Below, piece after piece: positions 29,595 to 40,305 of a stretch of DNA of 64,000 bases; the first letter of the stretch is position 1, and each line of letters starts with the position of its first letter. Source of the DNA: Akkermansia muciniphila (GTDB lineage Bacteria > Verrucomicrobiota > Verrucomicrobiia > Limisphaerales > UBA1100); contig CAMDOH010000002.1 in assembly GCA_945903605.1 (NCBI GenBank), positions 16,523 through 80,522 of the forward strand. The letters run 5' to 3'. The position numbers were made by a program, and so were the translations under genes. Under the pieces are notes generated by a model. It ran no database searches. It saw nothing but the letters and a program-made list of their open reading frames with translations, and had not been told where the DNA came from.

Positions 29595-31259
29595 TCAAAT
29601 CGGCTCGGCGATCAGATCGTAATCTGTTTGCCCAACAATTTTCACCCAGCAGAAATCGCCCACCGGAGCTCGGCCGCGAACATACACGCGGCCATCGATA
29701 TCAGGCGCATCTGCATCTGACCGTGCCTGAAAATAGCGGCCGGAAGGCATCGGCGTCGTGGGGCCACTCGTGCGGATGAATCCGTGTTCCCACGAATGGA
29801 TTTGTGCGCCGGTCAAATCTTTTTCCGTGGCTTCGCGTTCGACGAGCACAAATCGTTTTTGTCCCACCTTTGCTGCATTCAGTTCACTGGCGATTTTCCG
29901 TTGCTCGGCCATGGCCCGAGCGTGGCGCTTACGTTTCACAGATTCGGAAATCTGCCCGGCCATGTTTCCAGCGCGGGTGCCTTCTTCTTTCGAGTATTTG
30001 AAAATGCCGAGCCGGTCGAAGCGTGTCTGGCGGATGAACTCCATCAAACTTTCAAAGGCCGATTCGGTCTCCCCCGGAAATCCGACAATGAAAGTGGTGC
30101 GAACGGTGATCCCCGGAATCCCTGCGCGAATGCGTCGGATCACATCGGTAATGTGGCGGCTGTCGGTTTCGCGCCGCATGCGTTCAAGCATGTTGTCGTG
30201 GATGTGTTGCAGGGGCATGTCCACATAGCGGGCGACTTTCGGACAGCGCGCGATAGTCTCGATGAGTGTATCGGTCCAATGCGCGGGGTGCGTGTAAAGG
30301 AGCCGGATCCAGAAATCGCCACGAAGTGAATTGAGTGCACGCAGCAGATTGGGGAGCGAGGGGGCGTCGGCGGTGAGCGTGGCGGCGGCGGCGTTGAATC
30401 GTTCCGGCGAAGAAATGGCGCGCGAGTGTTCTTGGCGCAAATCCATTCCGTAATAGGTCGAGTCCTGCGAGATGAGATTGAGTTCGCGCACGCCTTCGGA
30501 GATCAGCCGCTTTGCTTCGGCGACAATGTCGTCCATCGGTCGACTGCGATGCGATCCGCGCATCTGCGGGATGGTGCAAAAGCTGCAGGGATGATTGCAG
30601 CCTTCGGCGATTTTAACGTAGGCGTAATGACTGGGCGTGAGCCTGAATCGGGGTGTGGTGTGATCGGGGATGTAAGCGGGGCGACGAGTGACATCGAATA
30701 GTGCAGGCGATTTTGTGGCGACGGTCTTTGTTTTATTGAAACGTGGTGTGCCGCGAAGATTTTCTGTTGAGTCGTGTTTGGCATGGTTCGAGCCGGCATC
30801 CAACTTGGCGAGTCGCGCCGTGACGGATTCTTTTTTTGTGGCGGGAGCGAGACTGGGAGTTCGCGTGGATCGTTGCGCGATGGCTAGTCGAACGAGTGAA
30901 CCGGCTTGCGCTACTTGATCAATCCCCATGAAGGCATCCACTTCGGGAAGGAGCTTGGGCAGTTCTTCGCGGAAGCGTTGCGAGAGGCAGCCGGCGACGA
31001 TGAGGGCTTGATGTCGATGTTTTGAATCGCGATACGTGGCTGACTCGAGGATTTGTTCAACGCTTTCTTCCTGCGCGGCATCGATGAATGAGCAAGTGTT
31101 GATGATGAGCGCGTCGGCTTTGGCAGGATCATTGGTGAGAATCATTCCGTCTGCGATCAACGAGCCGAGCATGATCTCCGAATCCACCAAATTTTTCGCG
31201 CAACCGAGGGACACGAGGCCAACGGTGGTTTGTTTTCGGGCTGTTGCAGAATTGCTCAC
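29595..31259 (-). CDS. rimO: ribosomal protein S12 methylthiotransferase RimO (radical SAM MTTase)
   Basis: 554 aa with an N-terminal MTTase domain (VGLVSLGCAKNLVDSE.MLG...INTCSFI), the radical-SAM cluster (IAEGCNHPCSFCTIP), and a C-terminal TRAM domain (DAPDIDGRVYV......GDF..VKI). Several low-complexity inserts account for the extra length of about 110 aa. Confidence 0.85.
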   Translation of the reverse strand: MSNSATARKQTTVGLVSLGCAKNLVDSEIMLGSLIADGMILTNDPAKADALIINTCSFIDAAQEESVEQILESATYRDSKHRHQALIVAGCLSQRFREELPKLLPEVDAFMGIDQVAQAGSLVRLAIAQRSTRTPSLAPATKKESVTARLAKLDAGSNHAKHDSTENLRGTPRFNKTKTVATKSPALFDVTRRPAYIPDHTTPRFRLTPSHYAYVKIAEGCNHPCSFCTIPQMRGSHRSRPMDDIVAEAKRLISEGVRELNLISQDSTYYGMDLRQEHSRAISSPERFNAAAATLTADAPSLPNLLRALNSLRGDFWIRLLYTHPAHWTDTLIETIARCPKVARYVDMPLQHIHDNMLERMRRETDSRHITDVIRRIRAGIPGITVRTTFIVGFPGETESAFESLMEFIRQTRFDRLGIFKYSKEEGTRAGNMAGQISESVKRKRHARAMAEQRKIASELNAAKVGQKRFVLVEREATEKDLTGAQIHSWEHGFIRTSGPTTPMPSGRYFQARSDADAPDIDGRVYVRGRAPVGDFCWVKIVGQTDYDLIAEPI

Positions 31260-31399
31260 GGATGGTGGACGCTATCGAAACGAAAGTGTCGTTGCAACCA
31301 CCCTTCAAATTGGCATGGGATTATTTTCCGTTGAAATGCGACTCAGAAAATGTACCTTCTGCGGAGTAACTCGCTACCTGACAGTATTCCCACATATTT

Positions 31400-32770
31400 A
31401 TGGCTGAACCATTGGATGCAGATAAAGTAATTGAGGCTTTGAAGAAAGCGCTTGAGACCGGCGAGCCGGTTCCTGCGGAAATGAAAAGCCCCAAAGGCTT
31501 GAGCTTTCTCAGCAAAGATTTGTCGGGTCTCGATCTGACTGACATGGATTTCAGCGGGTGCGAGATGAGCCGTTGCAATCTCACCGGCGTGATGAGTTCG
31601 AATGTGAAATTCGATGGCGCGACGCTTTTTCAGGCAAATCTGGATGGATCGGAGTTCATGACTTCCAGTTTCAAAAACACAAATCTGGATGAATGCACTG
31701 CGAAGCGGACGGGCCTCGGCAGCCAGTGCGATTTTTCTGGCGCCAGTTTTCGCCGGGCGAATTTGGAAGGGACATCGTTCACGACGGCCAACCTATCGGG
31801 CGCCAATTTTCAGCTGGCAAAAATGCCGAAGGCCCGACTGCAATCAGCCAATCTGTCGAATGCAGAATTTTCGCAGGCCGACATGAGCGAAGTGGATATG
31901 CGCGAGAGCAACCTAGCCCACGCCGCGTTCAACAAGACTTGTTTGCGGGCCGTGCAACTTCGCGGTGTCACTAATTACATCACGGCTTATTGGATCGGCG
32001 CAGACATCCGCGACATCGATTTTGCCGGTGCCTATCTCGTGCGTCGCCATATCTCCGATGAGAATTATCTCGACGAGTTCAAAAAGCAGAGCGACCTGCA
32101 TAAAAAGATTTACTTCGTCTGGTGGCTGACTTCGGATTGCGGCCGCAGTCTCTCTCGCTGGGCATTGCTTCAAGCGGGTGTAGTGGCAATCTTCGGTCTT
32201 ATTTTTTGGTGCATGGTCGGCACTTCCGCTGGAGTCAAAGCTGACAAACCATTGGCAGAGTCTGGCCTTGTGTTGCCCGTCAGTAACGGCGTTTTCACTG
32301 TGAATGGTGTAAAAATCACGGTGGATGTGGCCACCAATTCTTTCAATGACATCGCCAAACTGATCGAGACGAGCACCACCAATCAGGTCAAGTTGAGCTA
32401 CGATGCCGGGAAAGATCTGGTGACAGTGAGTGGTAAAGCCGAATTCGCTGAGGACGAGAAAACGCCAAGCAACTTCATCGCTGCCACACGGCTCACACAG
32501 GATCAGACTCAAAGTTCGTACTGGAATAATACCGATCGACGTGTGGGTGTCATTTCACCCGACTTCGCCATTCCAGGTGACCTCGCTCGCTCGTGGTACA
32601 CGCCACAATACTACGCAGTAGTGGCGGCCACCACACTCGGCTTCGGCGACGTGTTGCCCAAGTCAACTCTGGCGCAGTTCATGACAAATGCGTTGACCAT
32701 CTTTGGTTATTTCGGTCTCGGCGGCCTGATGACTATTTTGGGCAACTTGCTCGGGCGTCGAGGCGAGTAA
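31400..32770 (+). CDS. pentapeptide-repeat protein fused to a 2-TM potassium-channel-like pore domain
   Basis: 456 aa. Residues ~45-200 are A(D/N)LXX-type pentapeptide repeats (..DLSGLDLTDMDFSGCEMSRCNLTGV..ANLDGSEF..ANLEGTSFTTANLSGANFQLAKM..ANLSNAEFSQADMSEVDM..). Next comes a TM helix (WALLQAGVVAIFGLIFWCMVG), a hydrophilic loop of about 125 aa, a pore helix plus filter (YYAVVAATTLGFGDVLP), and a second TM helix (FMTNALTIFGYFGLGGLMTILGNLL). Confidence 0.75.
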   Translation: MAEPLDADKVIEALKKALETGEPVPAEMKSPKGLSFLSKDLSGLDLTDMDFSGCEMSRCNLTGVMSSNVKFDGATLFQANLDGSEFMTSSFKNTNLDECTAKRTGLGSQCDFSGASFRRANLEGTSFTTANLSGANFQLAKMPKARLQSANLSNAEFSQADMSEVDMRESNLAHAAFNKTCLRAVQLRGVTNYITAYWIGADIRDIDFAGAYLVRRHISDENYLDEFKKQSDLHKKIYFVWWLTSDCGRSLSRWALLQAGVVAIFGLIFWCMVGTSAGVKADKPLAESGLVLPVSNGVFTVNGVKITVDVATNSFNDIAKLIETSTTNQVKLSYDAGKDLVTVSGKAEFAEDEKTPSNFIAATRLTQDQTQSSYWNNTDRRVGVISPDFAIPGDLARSWYTPQYYAVVAATTLGFGDVLPKSTLAQFMTNALTIFGYFGLGGLMTILGNLLGRRGE

Positions 32771-32785
32771 CCCTGCGAAGGACAC

Positions 32786-33625
32786 ATGTTTTCATTTTTC
32801 AATTACGATCCCAAGGCACGGATCAAAGAGATTCTGGGTGCATTCGAATTGCCACGTTTTCGAAAAGCGGTGTTCGAGACGCTCAAGCGGCTGCGTGACC
32901 CCGATTCGACAACGAACCAGATTTGTCAGGGCATGTCCACAGATCCCGATTTGGTTTCGCGCGTGATGCGTACGGTCAATTCCACAGCCTACGCGCCGCG
33001 CACAAAGATCACCTCGCTCGATCACGCGATTGCCATGCTCGGCAATTCAAACCTCGAACGAATCGTGATGGTTCTCGGCGCGCGCGGCTGCATTCCTCAA
33101 AAGACGCCGGCCTATCTTACGCTGCAACAGTTTTGGAAAACATCGAGCAAACGCGCCGTGCTCGCCAAGGAAGTGGCCGAGGCCACCTCGCCGGCGAAAG
33201 CGAACCTATCCTTCTCAGCAGGATTTCTGCAGGACATCAGCATCCCACTCGTTGCCTCTGCGAAGCCGGATGATTATGGCAAAGTTTTTCAGGAAGCTTT
33301 GACTGGGACGAGAGATCTCCACACGCTTGAAAAGGAAACATTCGGTTGGGATCATGCCGAATTGGGCGCGATGATATGTGCCGAGTGGGATTTGCCTGAG
33401 GATTTGGCTGGTTGTATCCACGCGCAGAACGAGGTCAACAGCCCGTTACGGCCGGATCCTGTCTATTTTGTCAGTTCACTTCCCGATGAGCATCCGCCGG
33501 AATGGAATGAAAAATTCATCCAAATGGTCCGCGAAAGATGCCCTGCACTCGAAGAGGAGCAGCTCAAGAACATGCTCGCCCAGTGCGGCGGCAAAGCGGA
33601 CGAGCTCGCGAAAATGCTCACCTGA
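32786..33625 (+). CDS. HDOD domain-containing signalling protein
   Basis: 279 aa with LP.F.......L..L.DP.....QI...MS.DP.LVSRVMR.VNS.AY........SLDHAI.MLG and HAELGA......W.LP, the typical HDOD pattern. It starts 15 nt after the channel-like gene. Confidence 0.85.
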   Translation: MFSFFNYDPKARIKEILGAFELPRFRKAVFETLKRLRDPDSTTNQICQGMSTDPDLVSRVMRTVNSTAYAPRTKITSLDHAIAMLGNSNLERIVMVLGARGCIPQKTPAYLTLQQFWKTSSKRAVLAKEVAEATSPAKANLSFSAGFLQDISIPLVASAKPDDYGKVFQEALTGTRDLHTLEKETFGWDHAELGAMICAEWDLPEDLAGCIHAQNEVNSPLRPDPVYFVSSLPDEHPPEWNEKFIQMVRERCPALEEEQLKNMLAQCGGKADELAKMLT

Positions 33626-33637
33626 ACACAGGTTTTT
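33620..33637 (+). terminator. weak terminator-like hairpin at the HDOD gene stop
   Basis: ACCTG, an AACA loop, CAGGT, then TTTTGG. The stem is only 5 bp and overlaps the TGA stop codon. Confidence 0.3.
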
Positions 33638-33771
33638 GGGCCAGAAACTTGTCCCGAAATTCGCCACAAAAAGTGCTTGTGCTTATTTTCACATGCTCTA
33701 CTTTGGCCGCCCCGTTTCGATGATTGGTCCTCGGCTGTACGCCGTGAAACCCTTCGTTGCGCGAAGAAACA

Positions 33772-34710
33772 ATGGCGTTGATCAGGCTCATTTTATTGTT
33801 GGGGATAATGCTGGCGGGTACCTCGCCGCTTTGTGCGGAGAAGCCGTCGGCGGCGCCCGTGACAAATTCCGTAGCGAAGGCGGATGCCAGCCACGAAAAA
33901 GCAGCGTCGCACGGACTCACACCTCATGCCGTGCCGCTCTTGAAGGTCGGCCCGCTGATCATCACCAATTCGATGGTCGTGTGCTGGGCAGTGGCATTGA
34001 CGCTGATTCTCGTCGCGCAATTGGCCACGCGAAACATCACGCCGGTTCCGGGTGGGCTGCAAAACTTTTGTGAATGGCTCATTGAAGGACTCTACGATTT
34101 CTTCGCGGGCATTGTCGGTCGCCACTTGATTGGGAAATCGTTCTGGTTCTTCTGCACAATTTTCTTGTTCATTTTAGCTTCGAACTGGATTGGCCTCATT
34201 CCCGGTGTCGGCACGATTGGCTGGGGACATCAGGGCGACCATGGCTTTGTTGTAGAGCAACCATTATTGCGTGGCGTCAATGCCGACTTGAACATGACCC
34301 TCTCCATGGCCGCACTTTTCATGGTGCTTTGGATGGTTTGGGCATTGCAGACGAACGGCATTGGTGGATTTGTCGGTCACATATTTAATGTCAAAGGACA
34401 CGGCGGCGGCGTGCTCGGCACATTTTTGGTGGTGGTGTTCATTTTTGTCGGGATGATCGAAATAGTATCAATCTCCGTACGACCCGTGGCGCTCACGTTT
34501 CGGTTGTACGGGAATATTTTTGCTGGTGAGAACATCCTTGAGACAGTGATGCACATGGGCGGCCCGTGGTTTGGCTGGCTGGCTGCATTGCCATTTTATT
34601 TGTTGGAAGTGCTCGTGGGATTGGTGCAGGCGCTTGTGTTTGCGCTATTGACCTCGGTGTTCACAGCATTGATTTGCGAGCACCATCACGACGCTCAAGC
34701 GAAACACTAA
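33772..34710 (+). CDS. atpB: F0F1 ATP synthase subunit a
   Basis: The start was taken at the ATG at 33772; the track ORF begins at a TTG at 33757. It has the conserved essential-Arg region (ISVRPVALTFRLYGNIFAGE). It is polytopic and is the first gene of the atp operon. Confidence 0.93.
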   Translation: MALIRLILLLGIMLAGTSPLCAEKPSAAPVTNSVAKADASHEKAASHGLTPHAVPLLKVGPLIITNSMVVCWAVALTLILVAQLATRNITPVPGGLQNFCEWLIEGLYDFFAGIVGRHLIGKSFWFFCTIFLFILASNWIGLIPGVGTIGWGHQGDHGFVVEQPLLRGVNADLNMTLSMAALFMVLWMVWALQTNGIGGFVGHIFNVKGHGGGVLGTFLVVVFIFVGMIEIVSISVRPVALTFRLYGNIFAGENILETVMHMGGPWFGWLAALPFYLLEVLVGLVQALVFALLTSVFTALICEHHHDAQAKH

Positions 34711-34773
34711 ACTAATTTGGCCTCGGACCATGGGCAAACCGTGGAGAGGCTGAGAACAAAGAAAGGTCAGACT

Positions 34774-34983
34774 ATGATGCCTATGTTAGGAGAACTCAGT
34801 GGAAGCCTGCACGTCGGCTTGGCCGCCGTCGGATCAGCCATCGGTGTGGGATTGATCGGCATGAAGGCCGCCGAAGCAACGGGTCGCAACCCGGGTGCCG
34901 CCGGTGAAGTCCGGACGCAAGCGATTATTTTCGCTGCGCTCGCCGAAGGCGTGGTGTTTATCGCCATCTTCCTCGTTAAATAA
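34774..34983 (+). CDS. atpE: F0F1 ATP synthase subunit c
   Basis: 69 aa from the ATG at 34774, forming a two-helix hairpin: GLAAVGSAIGVGLIG.KAAEATGRNPGAAG.....IIFAALAEGVVFIAIFL, with the carboxylate E in helix 2. An AAGAAAGG-like RBS lies upstream. Confidence 0.9.
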   Translation: MMPMLGELSGSLHVGLAAVGSAIGVGLIGMKAAEATGRNPGAAGEVRTQAIIFAALAEGVVFIAIFLVK

Positions 34984-34990
34984 CTCATTC

Positions 34991-35021
34991 CCCGGAACCG
35001 GGCCTTCGGGTCCGGTCCGGG
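34991..35021 (+). promoter_or_regulatory. strong stem-loop (UUCG tetraloop) between atpE and atpF
   Basis: CCCGGAACCGGGCC-TTCG-GGTCCGGTCCGGG forms about 13 bp with one bulged A and one G-U pair. It starts 8 nt after the atpE stop and ends 9 nt before the atpF ATG. Only a short TTTT follows it. Confidence 0.55.
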
Positions 35022-35029
35022 CAGATTTT

Positions 35030-35590
35030 ATGTACGCAATCGCAATATTGGCCGAGGCAACCAACGCAGCCAGCGGCAACATGGTCACGGATCTCGCCAA
35101 ACAATTTGGCGTCACATGGCCGATGTTCATCTCGCAGTTGATCGCGTTCCTGGTGCTGGCATTTCTCTTGCACCGGTTCGCATACCAGCCGCTTTTGAAG
35201 GTGCTCGAAGAGCGCAAGCGCCATATTGCCGATGGACTCGCTCATGCTGAAAAAGTGAAGGTGGAATTGCACAATGCGCAATCGGCCACGAAGGAGCTCC
35301 TCGACAAGGCTTCGGCCGACGCCAGCGTCATGTTGGTCGAGACACGCGCTGCGGCCGCCAAAGTTCACGAGGCCGAGACGCAAAAGGCCATCGCTGCCGC
35401 GCAACAGATTTTGACCAAGGCCAAGGAACAATCCGAAGCCGAACGTGAACGATTGAAGGCCGAGTTGATGCACGAGATGGGACGGCTTGTCGTTTTGACC
35501 ACCGTCAAAGTCACCGGCAAAGTGCTCACGGCCGAAGATCAGAAGCGCCTCGTGGACGAAGCCAACCGCGAGATCGCCTCCGCCAAGTAA
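35030..35590 (+). CDS. atpF: F0F1 ATP synthase subunit b
   Basis: 186 aa from the ATG at 35030. It has a single N-terminal TM helix (MFISQLIAFLVLAFLLHRF) followed by a long charged coiled coil (..ERKRHIADGLAHAEKVKVEL..AERERLKAEL..). Its position is between c and delta. Confidence 0.85.
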   Translation: MYAIAILAEATNAASGNMVTDLAKQFGVTWPMFISQLIAFLVLAFLLHRFAYQPLLKVLEERKRHIADGLAHAEKVKVELHNAQSATKELLDKASADASVMLVETRAAAAKVHEAETQKAIAAAQQILTKAKEQSEAERERLKAELMHEMGRLVVLTTVKVTGKVLTAEDQKRLVDEANREIASAK

Positions 35591-35594
35591 TTTC

Positions 35595-35996
35595 ATGAGG
35601 GCCTCGAAACGAATCACTCGCGAATCTCGGCTGCTCTTCCGCCAATGCCGCACGGCCACTGGTGGACTCGATGAAGCGCGTCTTTCGCAGATCGTTCAGA
35701 CCATCGCGCGGATCAAACCTCGCGGACGGTTGGCACTCCTCAAACAATTACACCGATACACGCGGCTCGAATTGCTCAGTCGCACCGCCACTATCGAGTC
35801 CGCCACGCCGCTCACGGATGAGCAGCGCAGCAATCTGATGGCCGTGCTCACATCCCGTCACGGCGCGGAATTGATCTTTCGCGAGATCATTAATCCCCAT
35901 GTGCTCGGCGGGCTGCGCCTCCGCGTGGGCCACACTGTTTACGACGGTACCGTCGTTGGCCGCATTGAACAACTGACCGAATCACTCCGCTTTTAA
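35595..35996 (+). CDS. atpH: F0F1 ATP synthase subunit delta (OSCP), unusually short
   Basis: 133 aa. The C-terminal half matches delta (ATIESATPLTDEQRSNL....TSRHG.E..F.E.INP.VLGGLRLRVGHTVYDGTVVGRIEQL). Its position is between b and alpha. The reading frame cannot be extended upstream. Confidence 0.8.
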   Translation: MRASKRITRESRLLFRQCRTATGGLDEARLSQIVQTIARIKPRGRLALLKQLHRYTRLELLSRTATIESATPLTDEQRSNLMAVLTSRHGAELIFREIINPHVLGGLRLRVGHTVYDGTVVGRIEQLTESLRF

Positions 35997-36008
35997 CGAA
36001 TAGAAACC

Positions 36009-37538
36009 ATGAACATCCTCCAGGAAATCGAATCGCAGATCGCTGGCATCAAGACCAACGTGGCCCGCCAGAATACGGGCGTCGTCCGCGAGATTGGCGA
36101 CGGTGTCGCGAAGATCGAAGGGCTCACCGATTGCATGGCCAACGAGATGCTCGACTTTGGCAACGGCGTTACAGGCCTGGCCTTGAACCTTGAGGACACC
36201 GAGGTTGGCGCCATCATTCTCGGCGACGCCACAGGCATCAAAGAAGGCCAGGAAGTTCGCACGACCGGCAAACTACTTTCCGTTCCCGTTGGCAAGGCGC
36301 TGCTTGGCCGCGTCGTCAATTCACTCGGCCACCCGATCGATGGCAAAGGTCCGATTCACGCCGAAGCCATTTATCCCGTCGAAAAAATCGCACCCGGAAT
36401 TGTGCGGCGCAAATCCGTTTCGCAGCCAGTCCAAACCGGCATCATGGCCATCGATGCCATGATTCCCATCGGCCGGGGACAACGCGAGCTGATCATCGGC
36501 GACCGCGCCACGGGCAAGACCACCATTGGTGTCGATGCCATGATCAACAACGCGCGCCTGAACAAAGCCGCTGAAGCTTCCGGCGACAAATCGCATCGCC
36601 CGCTTTATTCCATCTACGTTGCCATCGGTCAGAAACAATCCAACATCGCGCGCGTCATCGCCGAGCTGGAGAAGTCCGAGGCGATGTCCAACACGATCAT
36701 CGTGGTGGCGGCGGCATCCGACTCGGCCACGAACCAGTACCTCGTACCGTTCGCCGGTGCGGCGATGGGAGAATGGTTCATGGATAACGGAATGGACGCG
36801 CTCATCATCTACGATGATCTTTCCAAGCACGCCGTCGCTTATCGTCAGGTGTCACTTGTTTTGAAGCGCCCCTCCGGTCGCGAGGCGTATCCCGGCGATG
36901 TATTTTATTTGCACAGCCGCTTGCTTGAGCGTTCTGCTCGCGTCGGCGAACTGTATGGCAACGGCTCTCTCACGGCGTTGCCGATCATCGAGACACAGGC
37001 CGGCGACGTCTCTGCGTACATCCCCACCAACGTCATCTCCATCACAGACGGCCAGATTTATTTGGAGACAGATCTGTTTTATCAAGGCGTGCGGCCGGCG
37101 ATTTCCGTCGGTCTTTCCGTCAGCCGCGTCGGTTCGGCTGCGCAGATCAAGGCGATGAAACAAGTGTCAGGCCGCATCAAACTCGAGTTGGCGCAATTTC
37201 GTGAGCTGGCGGCTTTCGCGCAGTTCGGCTCGGATCTCGATGCCAAAACGCAGGCGCAACTCGAGCGTGGCAAGCGCATCGTCGAACTTTTCAAACAGCA
37301 ACAGTACAATCCGATTCCTGTCGAAATTCAGACCGTGTTGCTCTGGACCATCCAGAATAATTTTTTCGATGATGTGGCGGTGGAAAAGCTAAAGGATTTC
37401 CAGGGAAAACTGGCTGACTTTTTCACGCTTCGTAAAGAATCGCTGTTGGCGAAACTTCGCACGGAGAAAGCGGTGACCGATGCGATTGGTTCCGAACTCA
37501 AAGCCGCCCTAACTGAATTCAAGTCGACCTACCGCTAG
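36009..37538 (+). CDS. atpA: F0F1 ATP synthase subunit alpha
   Basis: 509 aa with [17 protein letters not shown] (P-loop), [29 protein letters not shown], and [23 protein letters not shown]. Confidence 0.98.
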   Translation: MNILQEIESQIAGIKTNVARQNTGVVREIGDGVAKIEGLTDCMANEMLDFGNGVTGLALNLEDTEVGAIILGDATGIKEGQEVRTTGKLLSVPVGKALLGRVVNSLGHPIDGKGPIHAEAIYPVEKIAPGIVRRKSVSQPVQTGIMAIDAMIPIGRGQRELIIGDRATGKTTIGVDAMINNARLNKAAEASGDKSHRPLYSIYVAIGQKQSNIARVIAELEKSEAMSNTIIVVAAASDSATNQYLVPFAGAAMGEWFMDNGMDALIIYDDLSKHAVAYRQVSLVLKRPSGREAYPGDVFYLHSRLLERSARVGELYGNGSLTALPIIETQAGDVSAYIPTNVISITDGQIYLETDLFYQGVRPAISVGLSVSRVGSAAQIKAMKQVSGRIKLELAQFRELAAFAQFGSDLDAKTQAQLERGKRIVELFKQQQYNPIPVEIQTVLLWTIQNNFFDDVAVEKLKDFQGKLADFFTLRKESLLAKLRTEKAVTDAIGSELKAALTEFKSTYR

Positions 37539-37541
37539 AGC

Positions 37542-38423
37542 ATGCCCAGCACGCGCGACATCCGCCGACGTATCCGGTCGGTCAAGAGCACGGCCCAAAT
37601 CACGAAGGCCATGCAAATGGTTGCGGCCTCGAAGATGCGCCGCGCGCAGTTGTCTGCCTTGGCAGGTCGGCCTTACGCCACGTTGATGAACAAGGTGCTG
37701 GCCGAAGTCACGCATCACGCAGGCGATTTTAATCATCCGCTGATGGAAGTTCGCCAAGGCGATCGGCGCGCCGTCGTGTTGATCTCTTCCGATCGTGGAT
37801 TGTGCGGCGGTTTGAATTCAAACCTGATGCGCGAGGCCGGCAAGCTCGATAAAGACAAAACGGTGTTTGTTTGTGCTGGTCGAAAGGGATCTCAATTTGT
37901 CGCCCGCACCAAGCGCAAGCTCGCCGCCGAATTCACCTACAAGGACACTCCTCTGTTTGCCGAGGCCCGCGCCATCTCGCGGTTCGTTCAAGAGATGTTC
38001 CGAAAGGGCGAAGTGGATCATGTGGATGTGATCTACACCAATTTCATCAACACACTCACGCAGAAACCCGAGCGGGTACCGTTGTTGCCGCTGGGCGAGA
38101 TTCGCGCCGTGGGCGCCGGTGTGGAGGGCGAGGATTCCAGCAGTGAGCTCACGAAGGGCGCTGTCGAATTCCTGTTCGAGCCGGATCCTGCGAATGTGCT
38201 CGGCGCGTTGCTGCCGCATTATCTGAATTTTCAGATTTACCAATTTCTCCTCGAGGCCAAAGCCAGCGAACACAGTGCGCGCATGGTGGCGATGAAGAGC
38301 GCGACCGACAACGCCAAGCAAATCATCAAAGATCTCACGCTCGAGTACAACAAACTCCGACAGGCAAATATCACCCGCGAACTTCTCGAAATCACCACCG
38401 CTCAAATGGCGATGGGCAACTAA
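37542..38423 (+). CDS. atpG: F0F1 ATP synthase subunit gamma
   Basis: 293 aa with the N-terminus (STRDIRRRIRSVKSTAQITKAMQMVAASKMRRAQ) and C-terminus (ARM.AM.SATDNA...I..L.L.YN..RQA.IT.EL.EI). Confidence 0.95.
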   Translation: MPSTRDIRRRIRSVKSTAQITKAMQMVAASKMRRAQLSALAGRPYATLMNKVLAEVTHHAGDFNHPLMEVRQGDRRAVVLISSDRGLCGGLNSNLMREAGKLDKDKTVFVCAGRKGSQFVARTKRKLAAEFTYKDTPLFAEARAISRFVQEMFRKGEVDHVDVIYTNFINTLTQKPERVPLLPLGEIRAVGAGVEGEDSSSELTKGAVEFLFEPDPANVLGALLPHYLNFQIYQFLLEAKASEHSARMVAMKSATDNAKQIIKDLTLEYNKLRQANITRELLEITTAQMAMGN

Positions 38424-39884
<1,461 letters not shown>

Positions 39885-39888
39885 TCGC

Positions 39889-40299
39889 ATGGCTGAAACG
39901 CTCAAACTTGAAATTGTCACGCCCGAGGAGACGGTCTACTCCGAGGTTGTGGAGATGGTCACGCTCCCCGGCATCGAGGGTGAGCTGGGCATCTATCCAC
40001 ATCACGTGCCGTTGATGACGCAAATCGTCGCAGGCGAATTGCTCGTCCGAAAAGGCAATGTTGAGACGGCGTTGGCGGTCGGTGAAGGATTTGCCGAAAT
40101 CACCGGCACACATGTCAGTATTCTCACGGACATGGCGATTTCTTCTGCTGAGATTGACGAGGCTGTTGCCGAAGAAGCGCGTCGAAAAGCCGAGGCACGA
40201 CTCGAGGAAAAACTGTCAGTCGAAGAATCAGCGGCCGTTCACGCGTCGCTCGCACATTCGCTTGCCAAGTTAAAGGTCAAGCGTCGGCACCGCAACTAG
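39889..40299 (+). CDS. atpC: F0F1 ATP synthase subunit epsilon
   Basis: 136 aa from the ATG at 39889 with L.LEIVTPE..VYS..V..V.LPG.EGELGI.P.H.PL, then a helical C-terminal hairpin. It is the last gene of the operon. Confidence 0.93.
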   Translation: MAETLKLEIVTPEETVYSEVVEMVTLPGIEGELGIYPHHVPLMTQIVAGELLVRKGNVETALAVGEGFAEITGTHVSILTDMAISSAEIDEAVAEEARRKAEARLEEKLSVEESAAVHASLAHSLAKLKVKRRHRN

Positions 40300-40305
40300 T
40301 CCCCC

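Noticed and set aside
33378-34073. A 231-aa + strand ORF overlapping the HDOD 3' end and the atpB 5' end, considered as a candidate atpI/atpZ.
   Set aside because: It is out of frame with two well-supported genes and overlaps both. Its translation is Arg/Ser/Ala-rich and not hydrophobic, whereas AtpI/AtpZ are small membrane proteins.
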